Assembly (NCBI GenBank): GCA_028282585.1
Contig: JANQHR010000034.1
Coordinates: 1-64,000, forward strand
DNA length: 64,000 nucleotides
Direction: 5' to 3'
Source of the DNA: Bacteroidales bacterium
GTDB lineage: Bacteria; Bacteroidota; Bacteroidia; Bacteroidales; UBA12077
Shown here: in pieces, positions 19,557-29,505 of the stretch
Numbering within the stretch: the first letter of the stretch is position 1
Layout of the letters: every line of letters begins with the position of its first letter
The notes under the pieces: generated by a model
The model's input: the letters and a program-made list of their open reading frames with translations, nothing else
Database searches by the model: none
What the model was told of the DNA's origin: nothing
Made by a program: the position numbers and the translations under genes

Positions 19557-20576
19557 TTATTTCATATATTTATCAAAAAACTCAATCATCTTTTCAGGAT
19601 GAACACCAAAATAATTGTAACCGTCAAATCTTCTATTTGTTCCTTCAATCCAGAATAACTCTTTTTCTTCTGAGCTAATATTATCAAAGATTTCCTGAGC
19701 ATCACGAGGATTATCTGTCCAAATGTCATCCAATACTTCTGCCATAAAATATGGTACTTTAACAGCATGTGCATAGTTTTGCGGATGCATTTCACCGTTT
19801 GTAAAACCACCTAATTTTAATTGCTCAAAATCCATCAGTTCCATATAGCTCCCAACATTCATTAACTTAGCAAAAGTACTCATTAAAGCAGTCATAGAAA
19901 CAGCCAATGGTCCCATAAAACACGTTAAGTCTTCAAATAATTCAGGTTTTCTGTACATTGCTTCCATAGCTGCATTGGCACCTGTGCAACGATTGTAAAG
20001 CCCTACCATCATTTTACTTAACTTTGGATGGTTTTGCACATACTTTTGAGCACCAACCACATCACGCCATTCATACCTGCCAATTCCGCAAATACCTCCA
20101 TTTGCTGCTCCACTATTTCCATGATTACGTAAATCATAAGCCAAAATATTATATCCTGATCTTGATAGATGCCCCATGTGTGCGACAAAATCTATTTCCA
20201 AAGTGTCAACATTTGAAAATGGTTCGCCAAAATGACCTGTAAATCCTGAACGACTCATTGGCATCGGGTGGTTGATGATTATTAATTTATCTGATTCTCC
20301 CTGAACTGAAGGAATATACCAGCCTTCAAGTGGAGTGCCATCATCAGAAGGAAAGTAAACGTCTTCCCAAGTGTCCATGCCATGGTCGGCCGGGGTTTTG
20401 TGCACAGGTGTTCTAAACATAGGACGAACAGCAAACTCTGCTAAATACTTGATTGTTCCATATTCTTGTTCCGTAATTGTTTTTTGCTGTTCAATTGCTT
20501 TGTTATAAGATTCTTCCCCCATTCTACCCTTAAGGGTGTTGTCAATTGCGTAATCTAATGTTTTTTCAAAAGCCAT
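19557..20576 (-). CDS. Alpha/beta hydrolase with a probable Cys nucleophile
   Basis: DGTPLEGWYIP, YDLRNHGNS, GLYNRCTGANA elbow; start MAFEK at 20576 preferred. Confidence 0.8.
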   Translation of the reverse strand: MAFEKTLDYAIDNTLKGRMGEESYNKAIEQQKTITEQEYGTIKYLAEFAVRPMFRTPVHKTPADHGMDTWEDVYFPSDDGTPLEGWYIPSVQGESDKLIIINHPMPMSRSGFTGHFGEPFSNVDTLEIDFVAHMGHLSRSGYNILAYDLRNHGNSGAANGGICGIGRYEWRDVVGAQKYVQNHPKLSKMMVGLYNRCTGANAAMEAMYRKPELFEDLTCFMGPLAVSMTALMSTFAKLMNVGSYMELMDFEQLKLGGFTNGEMHPQNYAHAVKVPYFMAEVLDDIWTDNPRDAQEIFDNISSEEKELFWIEGTNRRFDGYNYFGVHPEKMIEFFDKYMK

Positions 20577-20666
20577 GATTATAAATTTTATAGAATTAGT
20601 TATGTGCAAATATCCCTACTATATCTATGGCTTTATGAAAACAAATTACGGCAAAAAAGATACAAT

Positions 20667-21497
20667 TTACATATGACGGAATTTTGAAGGCGTAAAACCT
20701 GTTTGTTTGCGGAATAAACGGGAAAAATAATTTGGGTATTCAAACCCTAACTGATAAGCAATTTCAGCGATTGATTTATTTTTCTCCTGGATCATTAATT
20801 TTGCAGTATCTATAATGTACTGATGAATATGGCTTAAGGCTGGCTGCCCGGTATGAAACTTAACCAAATCACCCAGGTAATTTGATGTTACGCTTAATTC
20901 ATTGGCAAAATGGTTAACGGATGGTTGAACAACAGTCTCATTCTTTTGACTTTCATAATAAGTTTTTAAAAGTGCAAAAAAATCATCTACTAATTTTATC
21001 TGGGTTGAATTTCTTTCACCAAATTGTCTTTTATAAAACCCTGCTATGTGAGCAAACATAAGGTTACAATAGGCGACTAAAATATTGATTGAAAAATTCT
21101 TTTTTTTATATTCATACAGCGCTTTTACAAATAATTCACTTATTAATTTTTCTTCACTTTTCATTAAAAATAAAGGCTCGTGCAAGCCATAATTAAGAAA
21201 AGAATACTCCAGGTGGTGATATTTAGTGATTAATTCTTCGTTGATATTAATAAAATAGCCAATCCATGGGGAATCAGTTTTCCAATGTATAGCTTGATTC
21301 GGACTTGAGAAATACATAAAACCTTTTTCTTTTTCTGCTTCCAAACCATATTTTATCGAAATTCTGTAGAAGTTAGGAAATACCGGGGGAGAACTTTTTA
21401 AAAAATCAGATGGATACTCACCAATATCTATTAAATCATGCTTAGGCAATCTAACTTTAGTGTATGCATTGAATGATTTTATATCTTTAAATTTCAT
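20667..21497 (-). CDS. AraC family transcriptional regulator
   Basis: C-terminal SIAEIAYQLGFEYPNYFSRLFRKQTGFTPSKFR. Confidence 0.93.
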   Translation of the reverse strand: MKFKDIKSFNAYTKVRLPKHDLIDIGEYPSDFLKSSPPVFPNFYRISIKYGLEAEKEKGFMYFSSPNQAIHWKTDSPWIGYFININEELITKYHHLEYSFLNYGLHEPLFLMKSEEKLISELFVKALYEYKKKNFSINILVAYCNLMFAHIAGFYKRQFGERNSTQIKLVDDFFALLKTYYESQKNETVVQPSVNHFANELSVTSNYLGDLVKFHTGQPALSHIHQYIIDTAKLMIQEKNKSIAEIAYQLGFEYPNYFSRLFRKQTGFTPSKFRHM

Positions 21498-21516
21498 GGT
21501 CTTTTAATAAATTACC

Positions 21517-21650
21517 GCCAATAACTCTAGCATAGTGTATTTGGCATTTTGAAATATCTGCCTGTCAGATCGATCTATGTTGTATTAATTGTTTTTATTT
21601 TCAAATTTAGCATAATCTGCCCAATGACCTATTATTTTTGCTATTCATAT
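21517..21650. repeat. attC-like spacer
   Basis: Starts GCCAATAAC; TTGGCATTT...TCAAATTTAGCA...GCCCAATG homologous to the 25851-25999 spacer. Confidence 0.65.
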
Positions 21651-21659
21651 TTGTTTTAC

Positions 21660-22142
21660 TCATTCATTTAAATATTCTTCAATTACCGTAATGTCCAGGT
21701 TTGTTTTATTTGATATTTCTATGAGTGTCATTCCTTTTTGGTGAAGTCTTTTAGTTACACTTTGCATTGTTTCACCAACCTCTATTAAATGATTATCAGG
21801 GTCATAAAATCGTATTGTTTTTTGTCCCCAGGATTCTTCATGGACATCGTGTAGCAACTCAATATTGCTATTTTTTAACGTAATAGCAATATTGTCTATA
21901 CCGTCCATGTTAAAAACGATTAAAAAATCAGGATTTCTTGTTTTTAAGATTTTATTTTCTCCAATTTTGTTAAGTATGATATCATCATTTTCAAGTTCCC
22001 AAAGTCCAAAACCACTTTTAAAACTTAAACCTTTACCCATATCTTCTTCAATTTCCTGTTTTAAAATATTTGTATAAAAATCCGTAGATACTTCAATGTC
22101 CTTTACAAATAAAATGATATTACTAAATCTTATATCTCCCAT
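21660..22142 (-). CDS. VOC/glyoxalase family protein with a C-terminal HTH-like tail
   Basis: LFVKDIEVSTDFY, ESWGQKTIRFYDPDNHLIEV; start MGDIRF at 22142, since the upstream extension runs through spacer DNA. Confidence 0.85.
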   Translation of the reverse strand: MGDIRFSNIILFVKDIEVSTDFYTNILKQEIEEDMGKGLSFKSGFGLWELENDDIILNKIGENKILKTRNPDFLIVFNMDGIDNIAITLKNSNIELLHDVHEESWGQKTIRFYDPDNHLIEVGETMQSVTKRLHQKGMTLIEISNKTNLDITVIEEYLNE

Positions 22143-22164
22143 TTTATGTGTTTTTTTTTGGTTT

Positions 22165-22357
22165 ACATTCTTAACTTCAAAACTTGATTTTATTTTAGCG
22201 CTATGTCTTTTTGAAGATGGCTTGCAGCAAGAAACCGTAAAGAGGATTGAAATAAAACATAAAATTTTAGTTAATCCTAATATATATTTCGTGAAAAAAT
22301 CTTTGTAATTTATGTTTAGCACTTTTGCCCGCATTATGTATAACCAATTTTAGGTGC
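22165..22357. repeat. Degenerate attC-like spacer
   Basis: Right part TTTAGCACTTTTGCCCGCATTATGTATAACC resembles other spacers; left boundary uncertain. Confidence 0.4.
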
Positions 22358-23516
22358 TTTTATTCTTTTTTCTCGATATTAAAAATAGTATTGATGTCAA
22401 TATTAGCATCAATCCCGATGAAATGTAAAAAGCATAAGTCAGGCTAAACTGACTGATAAAAATTCCTATGATCAAGGGTGAAATAAATTGACCAAGAAAC
22501 ATGGTTGAAGATATTCCACCGATAATCTTTCCGCGATTTTTAATGGATACAACTTCCATTAGCCATAGGTTGCAATTTGGCATCAATAAACCAATTCCGA
22601 GCCCCGCAATAGCAAGACCAAGAAGTATTCCTGCATAAGTCACATTTTGGGCTATCAAAAAATAACCTAATGATATGAATAGAAAGGAAATAACGAAAAT
22701 TTCCGGGAAACTAAAAATCTTTTTAATCGCTCCATATTTTATAGATGTTATTGCTCCTGTTAAAGTTGTTAGCGCTATTGCCACACCATTTAAGGTATTA
22801 TTGATCTCTAACCTTTCATTAAGCAGAAATGGGATTTGTGTGGGAATCATATAGAAAAACACCATCCCCAAAAAACCGATTAAATAGACTAAAGCGACTA
22901 TTTTTGCGTTTCTGTTTACAGTCATTTCCTGATTGCCTCTAATGTTTTCATAACCATCTTCTTTTTTAGGTTCGTAAAGAACAAATATTACCAATGGCAA
23001 AATCAAAAACGCAGCGAGATACAAAATAAAGGGAAACCTCCAATTCATATCCGCTAACAAGCCGCCTGCTGTTAAGAAAACTACGCCACCTAAAGACATA
23101 AAGGCTGCTTGACTACCAACAAAAGAATTACGTTCTTCTCCATCAAAATAATCGCTAATTAAGGTTGTTGCGATACTCATTATACCTGACACACCAATCC
23201 CAAGGATTGCACGACTTAGAAGAAGCAATTCAATTTGGCTAATAAAGTACCCGCTAAATCCACCTATTCCATAGATTATAAGTGAATAAACCAATAAATT
23301 TTTTCTGCCCCATTTGTCTGAGAGTGTTCCCATAATAGTTCCGAAGAAGGCAATGATGAGGGCAGGCATTGTTATGATGAGCTTAATAACTATATCGGAG
23401 GACTCAGAAAAAAAACTTGCAATTTCTGTTAATGCAGGGGCTATTATTGCACCTGCCATAACAGTCATTGAACTGGCAAAAAGTAATACTGCTTTTATTT
23501 TTGTGTTTTGTTTCAT
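22350..23516 (-). CDS. MFS transporter (drug/H+ antiporter-like)
   Basis: Motif A GTLSDKWGRK, SRAILGIG, about 12 TM segments. Confidence 0.92.
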   Translation of the reverse strand: MKQNTKIKAVLLFASSMTVMAGAIIAPALTEIASFFSESSDIVIKLIITMPALIIAFFGTIMGTLSDKWGRKNLLVYSLIIYGIGGFSGYFISQIELLLLSRAILGIGVSGIMSIATTLISDYFDGEERNSFVGSQAAFMSLGGVVFLTAGGLLADMNWRFPFILYLAAFLILPLVIFVLYEPKKEDGYENIRGNQEMTVNRNAKIVALVYLIGFLGMVFFYMIPTQIPFLLNERLEINNTLNGVAIALTTLTGAITSIKYGAIKKIFSFPEIFVISFLFISLGYFLIAQNVTYAGILLGLAIAGLGIGLLMPNCNLWLMEVVSIKNRGKIIGGISSTMFLGQFISPLIIGIFISQFSLTYAFYISSGLMLILTSILFLISRKKNKST

Positions 23517-23524
23517 TTTGTTCT

Positions 23525-23683
23525 AATTAGACTTAACGATCTCGGATATAAGTTGACTCGTCCTAAAAAAAGTTTACAGATTCCTAATTATCAGAAAGGC
23601 TTTTGTTTACTTTCATAAATTTGATTTTTTCTGTTTTAAAAAAGAAGTTAGGAGTGAATTTTATTTTGCATATTTTAGGAATT
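23525..23683. repeat. attC-like spacer
   Basis: Minus-strand GTTAAGT core (GTTRRRY) at 23531-23537; AAGTTGACTCGTCCTAA pairs imperfectly with TTAGGAGTGAATTT. Confidence 0.55.
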
Positions 23684-23690
23684 CTAAAAA

Positions 23691-24041
23691 TTATTTTAGT
23701 TTACCTATGTGACTTTTCCAATTTTTTGTTTTCAAAAGAAATTTATCATAACCTTCATTTTTTATAAAATTCAAGGACTCTTGGCATTTTTTATTATCAC
23801 GAGTTCCTATCTTAAATTTATTGTTGAAGATTTTACAATTAGAAAATTGATCACAATCAGCGCAGGTGTCTAATTTTTTGTCCCGAAAACAGCACAATTT
23901 AATTTTACATTTGGCTTTGTTAATATCTCTTTCTTTTGTGTCATATCCTATCTTACAACCTTTACAGCTTTTATCCACAAAAGCTTTGCATTTTTCACAA
24001 TAAGCACCGCAACATCCTATGTAAATTTTTGATTTTTTCAT
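23691..24041 (-). CDS. DUF3795-like Cys-rich metal-binding protein
   Basis: CCGAYCEKC, CKGC, CKIKLCC, CADCDQFSNC. Confidence 0.75.
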   Translation of the reverse strand: MKKSKIYIGCCGAYCEKCKAFVDKSCKGCKIGYDTKERDINKAKCKIKLCCFRDKKLDTCADCDQFSNCKIFNNKFKIGTRDNKKCQESLNFIKNEGYDKFLLKTKNWKSHIGKLK

Positions 24042-24042
24042 A

Positions 24043-24438
24043 CTATCCCTTTTTTACCAACCAATATATTTCCGAAGTTATTAATATTATTGCAAAATCA
24101 ACCAATAAATCCCATCTGAAAAAATGACTTAGGTGGCTTTGACCAGATGGAAGGACAAACATTGGAACTGTTATAGTGGATTCTAAAATTAAATTTATAA
24201 CAAACCAGATAAAACCTAAGAGAAATCCATTTGGTTTTTCACTTGATTTATAATACCAAAATGAAATAATTAAAGTAGCGAGAATCACACTGATGAAATG
24301 TATTGCTAGTGGTACTGGTGACCAAATGCAAGCATCTTTAATGGGGAAGATGAAGGCTTGTATTGATACTAGTATGTCAATGAGTATCCATAAAATAACC
24401 CCAAGTATAATTGCTTTTATTTTTGTATTTTGTTTCAT
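24043..24438 (-). CDS. Small membrane protein (about 4 TM)
   Basis: Four hydrophobic segments; abuts the DUF3795 gene. Confidence 0.7.
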   Translation of the reverse strand: MKQNTKIKAIILGVILWILIDILVSIQAFIFPIKDACIWSPVPLAIHFISVILATLIISFWYYKSSEKPNGFLLGFIWFVINLILESTITVPMFVLPSGQSHLSHFFRWDLLVDFAIILITSEIYWLVKKG

Positions 24439-24446
24439 TTCGTTCT

Positions 24447-24587
24447 AATTGCACTTACGTTCGGTGTATGCGTAGTGCGGGATTTAAAGTATTTTCTTGT
24501 CAAACTAAGATAAAACTTAATAAAAGAAATGACTTAAAATTCCACTCTATCATCCGCATGGCGTATGATACATGGTTATATAAGTTA
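24447..24587. repeat. attC-like spacer
   Basis: TGTATGCGTAGTGCGG pairs with CCGCATGGCGTATGATACA; ends GTTATA just after the stop codon of the next gene. Confidence 0.65.
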
Positions 24588-24588
24588 C

Positions 24589-25803
24589 TTATTCTGCTGT
24601 TTCCAGTTTTGTAATTTTTTCTTTTAGTTCTTCATTTTCTTCCGAAAGCCTATTCAATTGTTCTTTCATAGCTTTAGTTTCTTTATTTTGTTCTATCATA
24701 TAAAGAGTCAATTCTTCTATTTTCTGCAAAAGTTTAGCATTCATTTTTCCAACTTCAATTCCATTCTCTAAAATTTCTTTTTCCGATGGAATATCAGGTA
24801 AATGATTATTTTCTTCAATAAAACTTTCAACTGATTCTAAGTCTTTCAATTCATAGTCTTTGTTAAACACAAAATCAGACCAAGCACCTGTTTCAACAAT
24901 AATTTCTCTTGCACCAATTGTTCCGTCTACAGCTAATCTATGTGTACCTGTTGAAGTAGTTCCGATTCCAACAACACCAGATGTTATAGCAAAATAAGCA
25001 CTTCCTTTAGATTCAATTTTTCCATTTCTAGCACAAAACCGAATATTCCAGTCAGAATTATTGGTGTTTATTCCACCCGTGGTTGGATTATAAATACCAA
25101 GCTTATACCAAACAGATAATCGTACATTATCTAATCCATCTTGCGTTCCCTTCCAAAAATATGAAGTTCCAACTGAAGGTATAAATACTTTATAATCTGA
25201 ATCAAATCTTGTATCGCCACCTTTAACTTGAAGCTTGCAACTTGGTGCATTCGTCCCAATTCCTACATTTCCATCGCCTCTAACTACCATTAAGTTATTT
25301 ACCGTTCCTGAACCAGTTTTTGCTCTTAAATATAACGAATAATCATTAGCAGTATTTCCCGGTGCATCAGCAGTAATTGCAGTATTAGCTGGACCACTTA
25401 CACCGTTGTCATACGTCACAACTAATTTACTACCAGGAACTGTTGTCCCAATTCCAACATTGCCATTTTTTAAAGTCATTTCAGTTTTAAAATATGTTCC
25501 ATTAAAAGACGTAAAATCTAATCTCGGACTTGATCCTTGTGATGTATTATAATTAATAATACTTTCTCCGTGACTAGCTGAATAATTCCAACCCAAAGCT
25601 AAACCTTGTGAAGTTTTTGGATTATTATTTCCATTTAAATTATTTTCGAAATACACCCACGCATCTTCACCTATATCATAAACATGTAAAATACCTTTTG
25701 GGTTGGTTCTTTTCAATCCAACCTTATCTCCGGTTTCCGTAATTTGAGCAAAAGAAAATTGTGCAATTAGTGTTAAGAATAGAATACTTACTATTTTTCT
25801 CAT
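24589..25803 (-). CDS. Secreted GIGT-repeat ('tail fibre-like') protein with C-terminal chaperone-like/coiled-coil domain
   Basis: Signal peptide; three GxVGIGT repeats; WSDFVF...VESFIEENNHLPDIPSE...LLQKIEELTLY plus coiled coil. Confidence 0.8.
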   Translation of the reverse strand: MRKIVSILFLTLIAQFSFAQITETGDKVGLKRTNPKGILHVYDIGEDAWVYFENNLNGNNNPKTSQGLALGWNYSASHGESIINYNTSQGSSPRLDFTSFNGTYFKTEMTLKNGNVGIGTTVPGSKLVVTYDNGVSGPANTAITADAPGNTANDYSLYLRAKTGSGTVNNLMVVRGDGNVGIGTNAPSCKLQVKGGDTRFDSDYKVFIPSVGTSYFWKGTQDGLDNVRLSVWYKLGIYNPTTGGINTNNSDWNIRFCARNGKIESKGSAYFAITSGVVGIGTTSTGTHRLAVDGTIGAREIIVETGAWSDFVFNKDYELKDLESVESFIEENNHLPDIPSEKEILENGIEVGKMNAKLLQKIEELTLYMIEQNKETKAMKEQLNRLSEENEELKEKITKLETAE

Positions 25804-25850
25804 TTTTTTTATATTTAAATGTATTAATTATTTGCATTTACGTTCTACAG

Positions 25851-25999
25851 ATTAGTTTATAGCGGTTCGGCTGATATGGGGAGCGTTTGGCATTTCAAAG
25901 CACTAACTTATCAAATCGCTATGCCGTTAATTAAATATTGTTTCATTCAAATATAGCACTTTCAGCGCAATGTTTTATGAGCACCGCGTGTTGTAACTA
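25851..25999. repeat. attC-like spacer
   Basis: GCGGTT..GAGCGTTTGGC pairs imperfectly with GCGCAATGTTT..CACCGCG; ends GTTGTAACTA overlapping the TAG stop. Confidence 0.65.
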
Positions 26000-27259
26000 G
26001 TGCTTGTTATTAGTTTTATCCACAATCCCTATAAAATATTCGTTCTTTTCTGGGTCATACTTATAATATGACAAATCAATGAATCCATAATTAGTATCAA
26101 TTACTTCACTCAACATTGCTAATCCAATATTTGGATCAGTAGAACTAACTGCTGAGTTTCCATCTTGATATTCTTTTAGCAACCTTCCCATGTATAACTC
26201 ATCAAAAATCCCCCAACATTTAAATGCAATTAATTCACACCTTCCTTTCATAAGGGACTTTAAATTATCCCAAGTGGTATATCCTTCTTCTCTTGGAGTA
26301 CAAAAATTCTTTAAAAATTCAATTCCAGCATCTGTGATAGCTCCAAGCGATTTGCCATGCCCCTCGGGACAGTAATTTACTATAATATCAATTAATTTTT
26401 CAGTCATATCATTTGGCTCAAATTCTTCATCATGAAAAAGTCTTTCTATTGATTGAAATGGAGCAAAATTTAATATTGTAATACTATATGGAGCGAGACT
26501 CGAAGGTGAGGTATCTCTCCATAAGAATGCAAATCCATGATTCTTTTGTGAATAACCTTTAGTTGCGATAACAGATAATGCCGTTTTCATTTGTTCTAAA
26601 TGAGGGTCAAAAAGATCTCTGTTCTCAGGTTCAGAATATAAGTTGTAATCGTACAAGCATATTTGAAATCCACCAAGATGCTTTGGGCTAAGCTTTAAAG
26701 CAACATTTTTATCACAAAGTATCCCAATGTCTATTATTTTCAATTTTTTAACCCCATTATCAATAATTGGTTCCAAACAGATAATATTTTTCTGTAACCA
26801 AAATATTTCATTAAATAAATAATGTTTTAGTAAAGTTGTCCACTCTGTTGAGATAATTACATTGATAACATCTCCTTCTGAAATAAATGGGATATATGAT
26901 TTTATCTCACTCGCATATGCTGATATTTCAGTTCCAGCCTGCCTTGATGGTCCTACTAAATTTTTTAACTCAACTATTACAATGCTTTCAGTTTCTGATG
27001 CATAAAGTAAAAAATCTGGTTTTAAAGAATCTTTAGGATTTAACGATATATTTTCATTTTCAGATAAAATTTCATTTATATGAAGAGATTTGCAACAATA
27101 CTCAAAGCTTTCAAACACTTTCTTATCTGCTAGAGATGATACTTTACAATTATCTAAGTAATCATTATTCTTAATTAGGTCTGATAATCCTGTTTCTTTT
27201 TTAAGTTGCTTACTAAGCCACTCTTGCATATCAGATTCAGAATTAAAAATTTTATTCAT
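25997..27259 (-). CDS. Putative PD-(D/E)xK nuclease-domain protein
   Basis: FNSESDMQEWL, KPDFLLY...IVIVELK, QAGTEISAY motif spacing typical of restriction-endonuclease-like folds. Confidence 0.6.
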   Translation of the reverse strand: MNKIFNSESDMQEWLSKQLKKETGLSDLIKNNDYLDNCKVSSLADKKVFESFEYCCKSLHINEILSENENISLNPKDSLKPDFLLYASETESIVIVELKNLVGPSRQAGTEISAYASEIKSYIPFISEGDVINVIISTEWTTLLKHYLFNEIFWLQKNIICLEPIIDNGVKKLKIIDIGILCDKNVALKLSPKHLGGFQICLYDYNLYSEPENRDLFDPHLEQMKTALSVIATKGYSQKNHGFAFLWRDTSPSSLAPYSITILNFAPFQSIERLFHDEEFEPNDMTEKLIDIIVNYCPEGHGKSLGAITDAGIEFLKNFCTPREEGYTTWDNLKSLMKGRCELIAFKCWGIFDELYMGRLLKEYQDGNSAVSSTDPNIGLAMLSEVIDTNYGFIDLSYYKYDPEKNEYFIGIVDKTNNKH

Positions 27260-27280
27260 GTAAGTATGGTTTTTCTTACA

Positions 27281-27601
27281 TTAGCTACAACTTGTTATTA
27301 TAACCAATAAGTTTAAAAAACATTGTTCTTGTTTTAAGTTGACATAAGAACCCAAATTTTTGCATAAACATATGCATCAAGAAAATATCCGGAAAACAGG
27401 TTAATAATTTTTTATTCATTTGAACCATTACAATACTTTTTTCTTTCCCTTTCGTATTCGCAATAGCTTTGATAAGTGTTTCGAGTATTAAAATTAAAAA
27501 CTATTTTTATAATAGCAAGGCTGTTCTATGAATTAAATATTTAAACGAGATAAACAGAAGTAAAAAATCCCGACAAAATCTGCCAGGATTGCTGTCCGAC
27601 T
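27281..27601 (-). repeat. Leader copy B: last 10 nt of tRNA-Gln, terminator, leader and attI-like site
   Basis: 27432-27601 is nearly identical to 31735-31897; 27281-27466 aligns to 17581-17735. Confidence 0.92.
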
Positions 27602-27657
27602 GGTCTGCCGGCAGGTTTCTTGTTTTAAATATTGTCCATATACCATTCCGGATAAAA

Positions 27658-27864
27658 TCATAATTCACTTAAAGCTCGTTTGAAATAGCTAATAATTTTA
27701 AGCGTATATTCTTTACCATAAGTGGCAACATATTTCTTATGCTCAGCATGCTGGGGATTTTCTAGAACATCAAGTCTTTGCCTGATGTATTCTTCTGAGA
27801 ATGGTTGTTTATCTTCTCCAAAGATACATTGTTTCCATTCCTGGTATGATTGTTTAATATCCAT
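27658..27864 (-). CDS. Small hypothetical protein, last gene of zinc-starvation operon
   Basis: 68 aa, 2 nt after the COG0523 stop; SYQEWKQCI...YIRQRL...YG motif. Confidence 0.7.
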   Translation of the reverse strand: MDIKQSYQEWKQCIFGEDKQPFSEEYIRQRLDVLENPQHAEHKKYVATYGKEYTLKIISYFKRALSEL

Positions 27865-27866
27865 TG

Positions 27867-29042
27867 CTAAGAGGCTTTTTTCAGAAATCCAAACTCAATC
27901 ATTTCATCTTCAGTACAAAGACAAGCATCAAGTCCTTTCCTGATTTCATCTTCAGGCATATCTTGTCCAATATGTACAATCTCGATGTGTCGGTCGCCAA
28001 AATGTTTATCCCAACTTGCCATAATTAATTCTTCGTTTGCCTGAAATGCAGGATGTTGGTTTCGATCCTTTATAGTTAGTGATGCCCACCAAACGCCGAC
28101 TTTATTAATGCTCGACATACGACCTGCATGGCTCCAAACCAATGCATCGCCAGGTTGTGAAGCTAACCAATAGAACCCTTTACTACGCAATATTGAACTG
28201 TGCCAATGATCATTTACATACTTTTCAAAGCGTTGGGGGTGAAAAGGGAAGCGGCTTCGGTAAACAAATGAGCCAATTCCATATTCGTCAGTTTCCGGGA
28301 TATGCTCAGATTCAAGTTCTTTTAACCATCCGGCACTTCTTGATGCTTCTTCAAAATCAAACATTCCTGTATTAAGAATTTCCGATAGTTTAACCTTACC
28401 ATAAGATGTTGTAATAATCTTTGCGTCTGGGTTAAATTTTTTCAATACCCTTTTTATTTCTTCCAGTTTATAAGGTGATGAAAGGTCGGCTTTATTGATA
28501 ACAATTACATTGGCAAACTCAATTTGATCTGTCAGTAAATCAACAATATTGCGCTCATCTTCCTGATCGTTTAAATCACGTTCGGCAATGGTATCCATCG
28601 ACATAAAGTCTTTTTCAAAATTTAATGCATCTATAACAGTTACCATCGTATCAAGGCTGCATAGTTTGGTAAGGTCCAAGCCAAGTTCTTCAAAGGAGTA
28701 GCTAAAAGTTTGAGCTACCGGAAGGGGTTCAGATATTCCTGTACTTTCTATGAGCAGGTAATCAAATCTGCCTTCCGAAGCCAGTTTTGAAACCTCTTTC
28801 ACCAAATCATCGCGCAAGGTGCAGCAAATACAACCGTTGCTCATCTCCACAAGTTTTTCTTCTGTCCGAGAAAGTGTAGAACCTTGTTCAACTAATTTGC
28901 TGTCAATATTTATATCGCTCATATCATTTACAATTACAGCTACTTTTAAATTACTACGGTTGTTAAGTACATGATTGAGCAAGGTGGTTTTTCCAGCTCC
29001 TAAAAAACCACTCAATACGGTCACAGGAATTTTTTTGTCCAT
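27867..29042 (-). CDS. COG0523 G3E GTPase zinc metallochaperone (ZigA/YciC-like)
   Basis: [28 protein letters not shown], CobW_C domain LRSKGFYW. Confidence 0.93.
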   Translation of the reverse strand: MDKKIPVTVLSGFLGAGKTTLLNHVLNNRSNLKVAVIVNDMSDINIDSKLVEQGSTLSRTEEKLVEMSNGCICCTLRDDLVKEVSKLASEGRFDYLLIESTGISEPLPVAQTFSYSFEELGLDLTKLCSLDTMVTVIDALNFEKDFMSMDTIAERDLNDQEDERNIVDLLTDQIEFANVIVINKADLSSPYKLEEIKRVLKKFNPDAKIITTSYGKVKLSEILNTGMFDFEEASRSAGWLKELESEHIPETDEYGIGSFVYRSRFPFHPQRFEKYVNDHWHSSILRSKGFYWLASQPGDALVWSHAGRMSSINKVGVWWASLTIKDRNQHPAFQANEELIMASWDKHFGDRHIEIVHIGQDMPEDEIRKGLDACLCTEDEMIEFGFLKKAS

Positions 29043-29054
29043 GTATATAAGATT

Positions 29055-29441
29055 TTAAATTTCACAACAATTATCAATACACTGGCAGTACTTTTTGTTG
29101 TACAAATGCAATGCAAATAATAAAAAAGCAGATACGTAAAGCCAAAACAAAGGCAATGAAGCAATTTCGGTGTGATGGTTTACAATTAAAAAGCTAAGTA
29201 TGCCAAATAAAATATAAAATGCGTGCTTTACCCACTTTTTAGAACTGTTTTTTGCAGCAAAATAAACAGCTACAAAGGATATGGTTAAAAACAGAAAATC
29301 TATAGCACGCCACCAAATAGGGCTTTCTGCGCAACAGCTTGCTGCACAGGCCTGGGCAATAAAAATAAAAGGTGTTATTATGCAATGTACAAGGCATAAG
29401 CTTGAGCTTGCCATCCCAATGTTATCAGCTGAAATTCTCAT
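29055..29441 (-). CDS. MerC-domain membrane protein
   Basis: DNIGMASSSLCLVHC signature, 4 TM, Cys-rich C terminus. Confidence 0.85.
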   Translation of the reverse strand: MRISADNIGMASSSLCLVHCIITPFIFIAQACAASCCAESPIWWRAIDFLFLTISFVAVYFAAKNSSKKWVKHAFYILFGILSFLIVNHHTEIASLPLFWLYVSAFLLFALHLYNKKYCQCIDNCCEI

Positions 29442-29505
29442 TTCGTTTCATCTTTAATTTATTTTTCGCCTATATTAAGAACTGTTGTAGTTTTAATAAT
29501 TCCAT

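Noticed and set aside
22143-22334. N-terminal extension of the glyoxalase ORF, with a lipobox-like stretch
   Set aside because: Lies in spacer-like DNA; the VOC domain starts at Met 22142
27592-27601. Second tRNA gene
   Set aside because: Only the last 10 nt of tRNA-Gln are present; no cloverleaf
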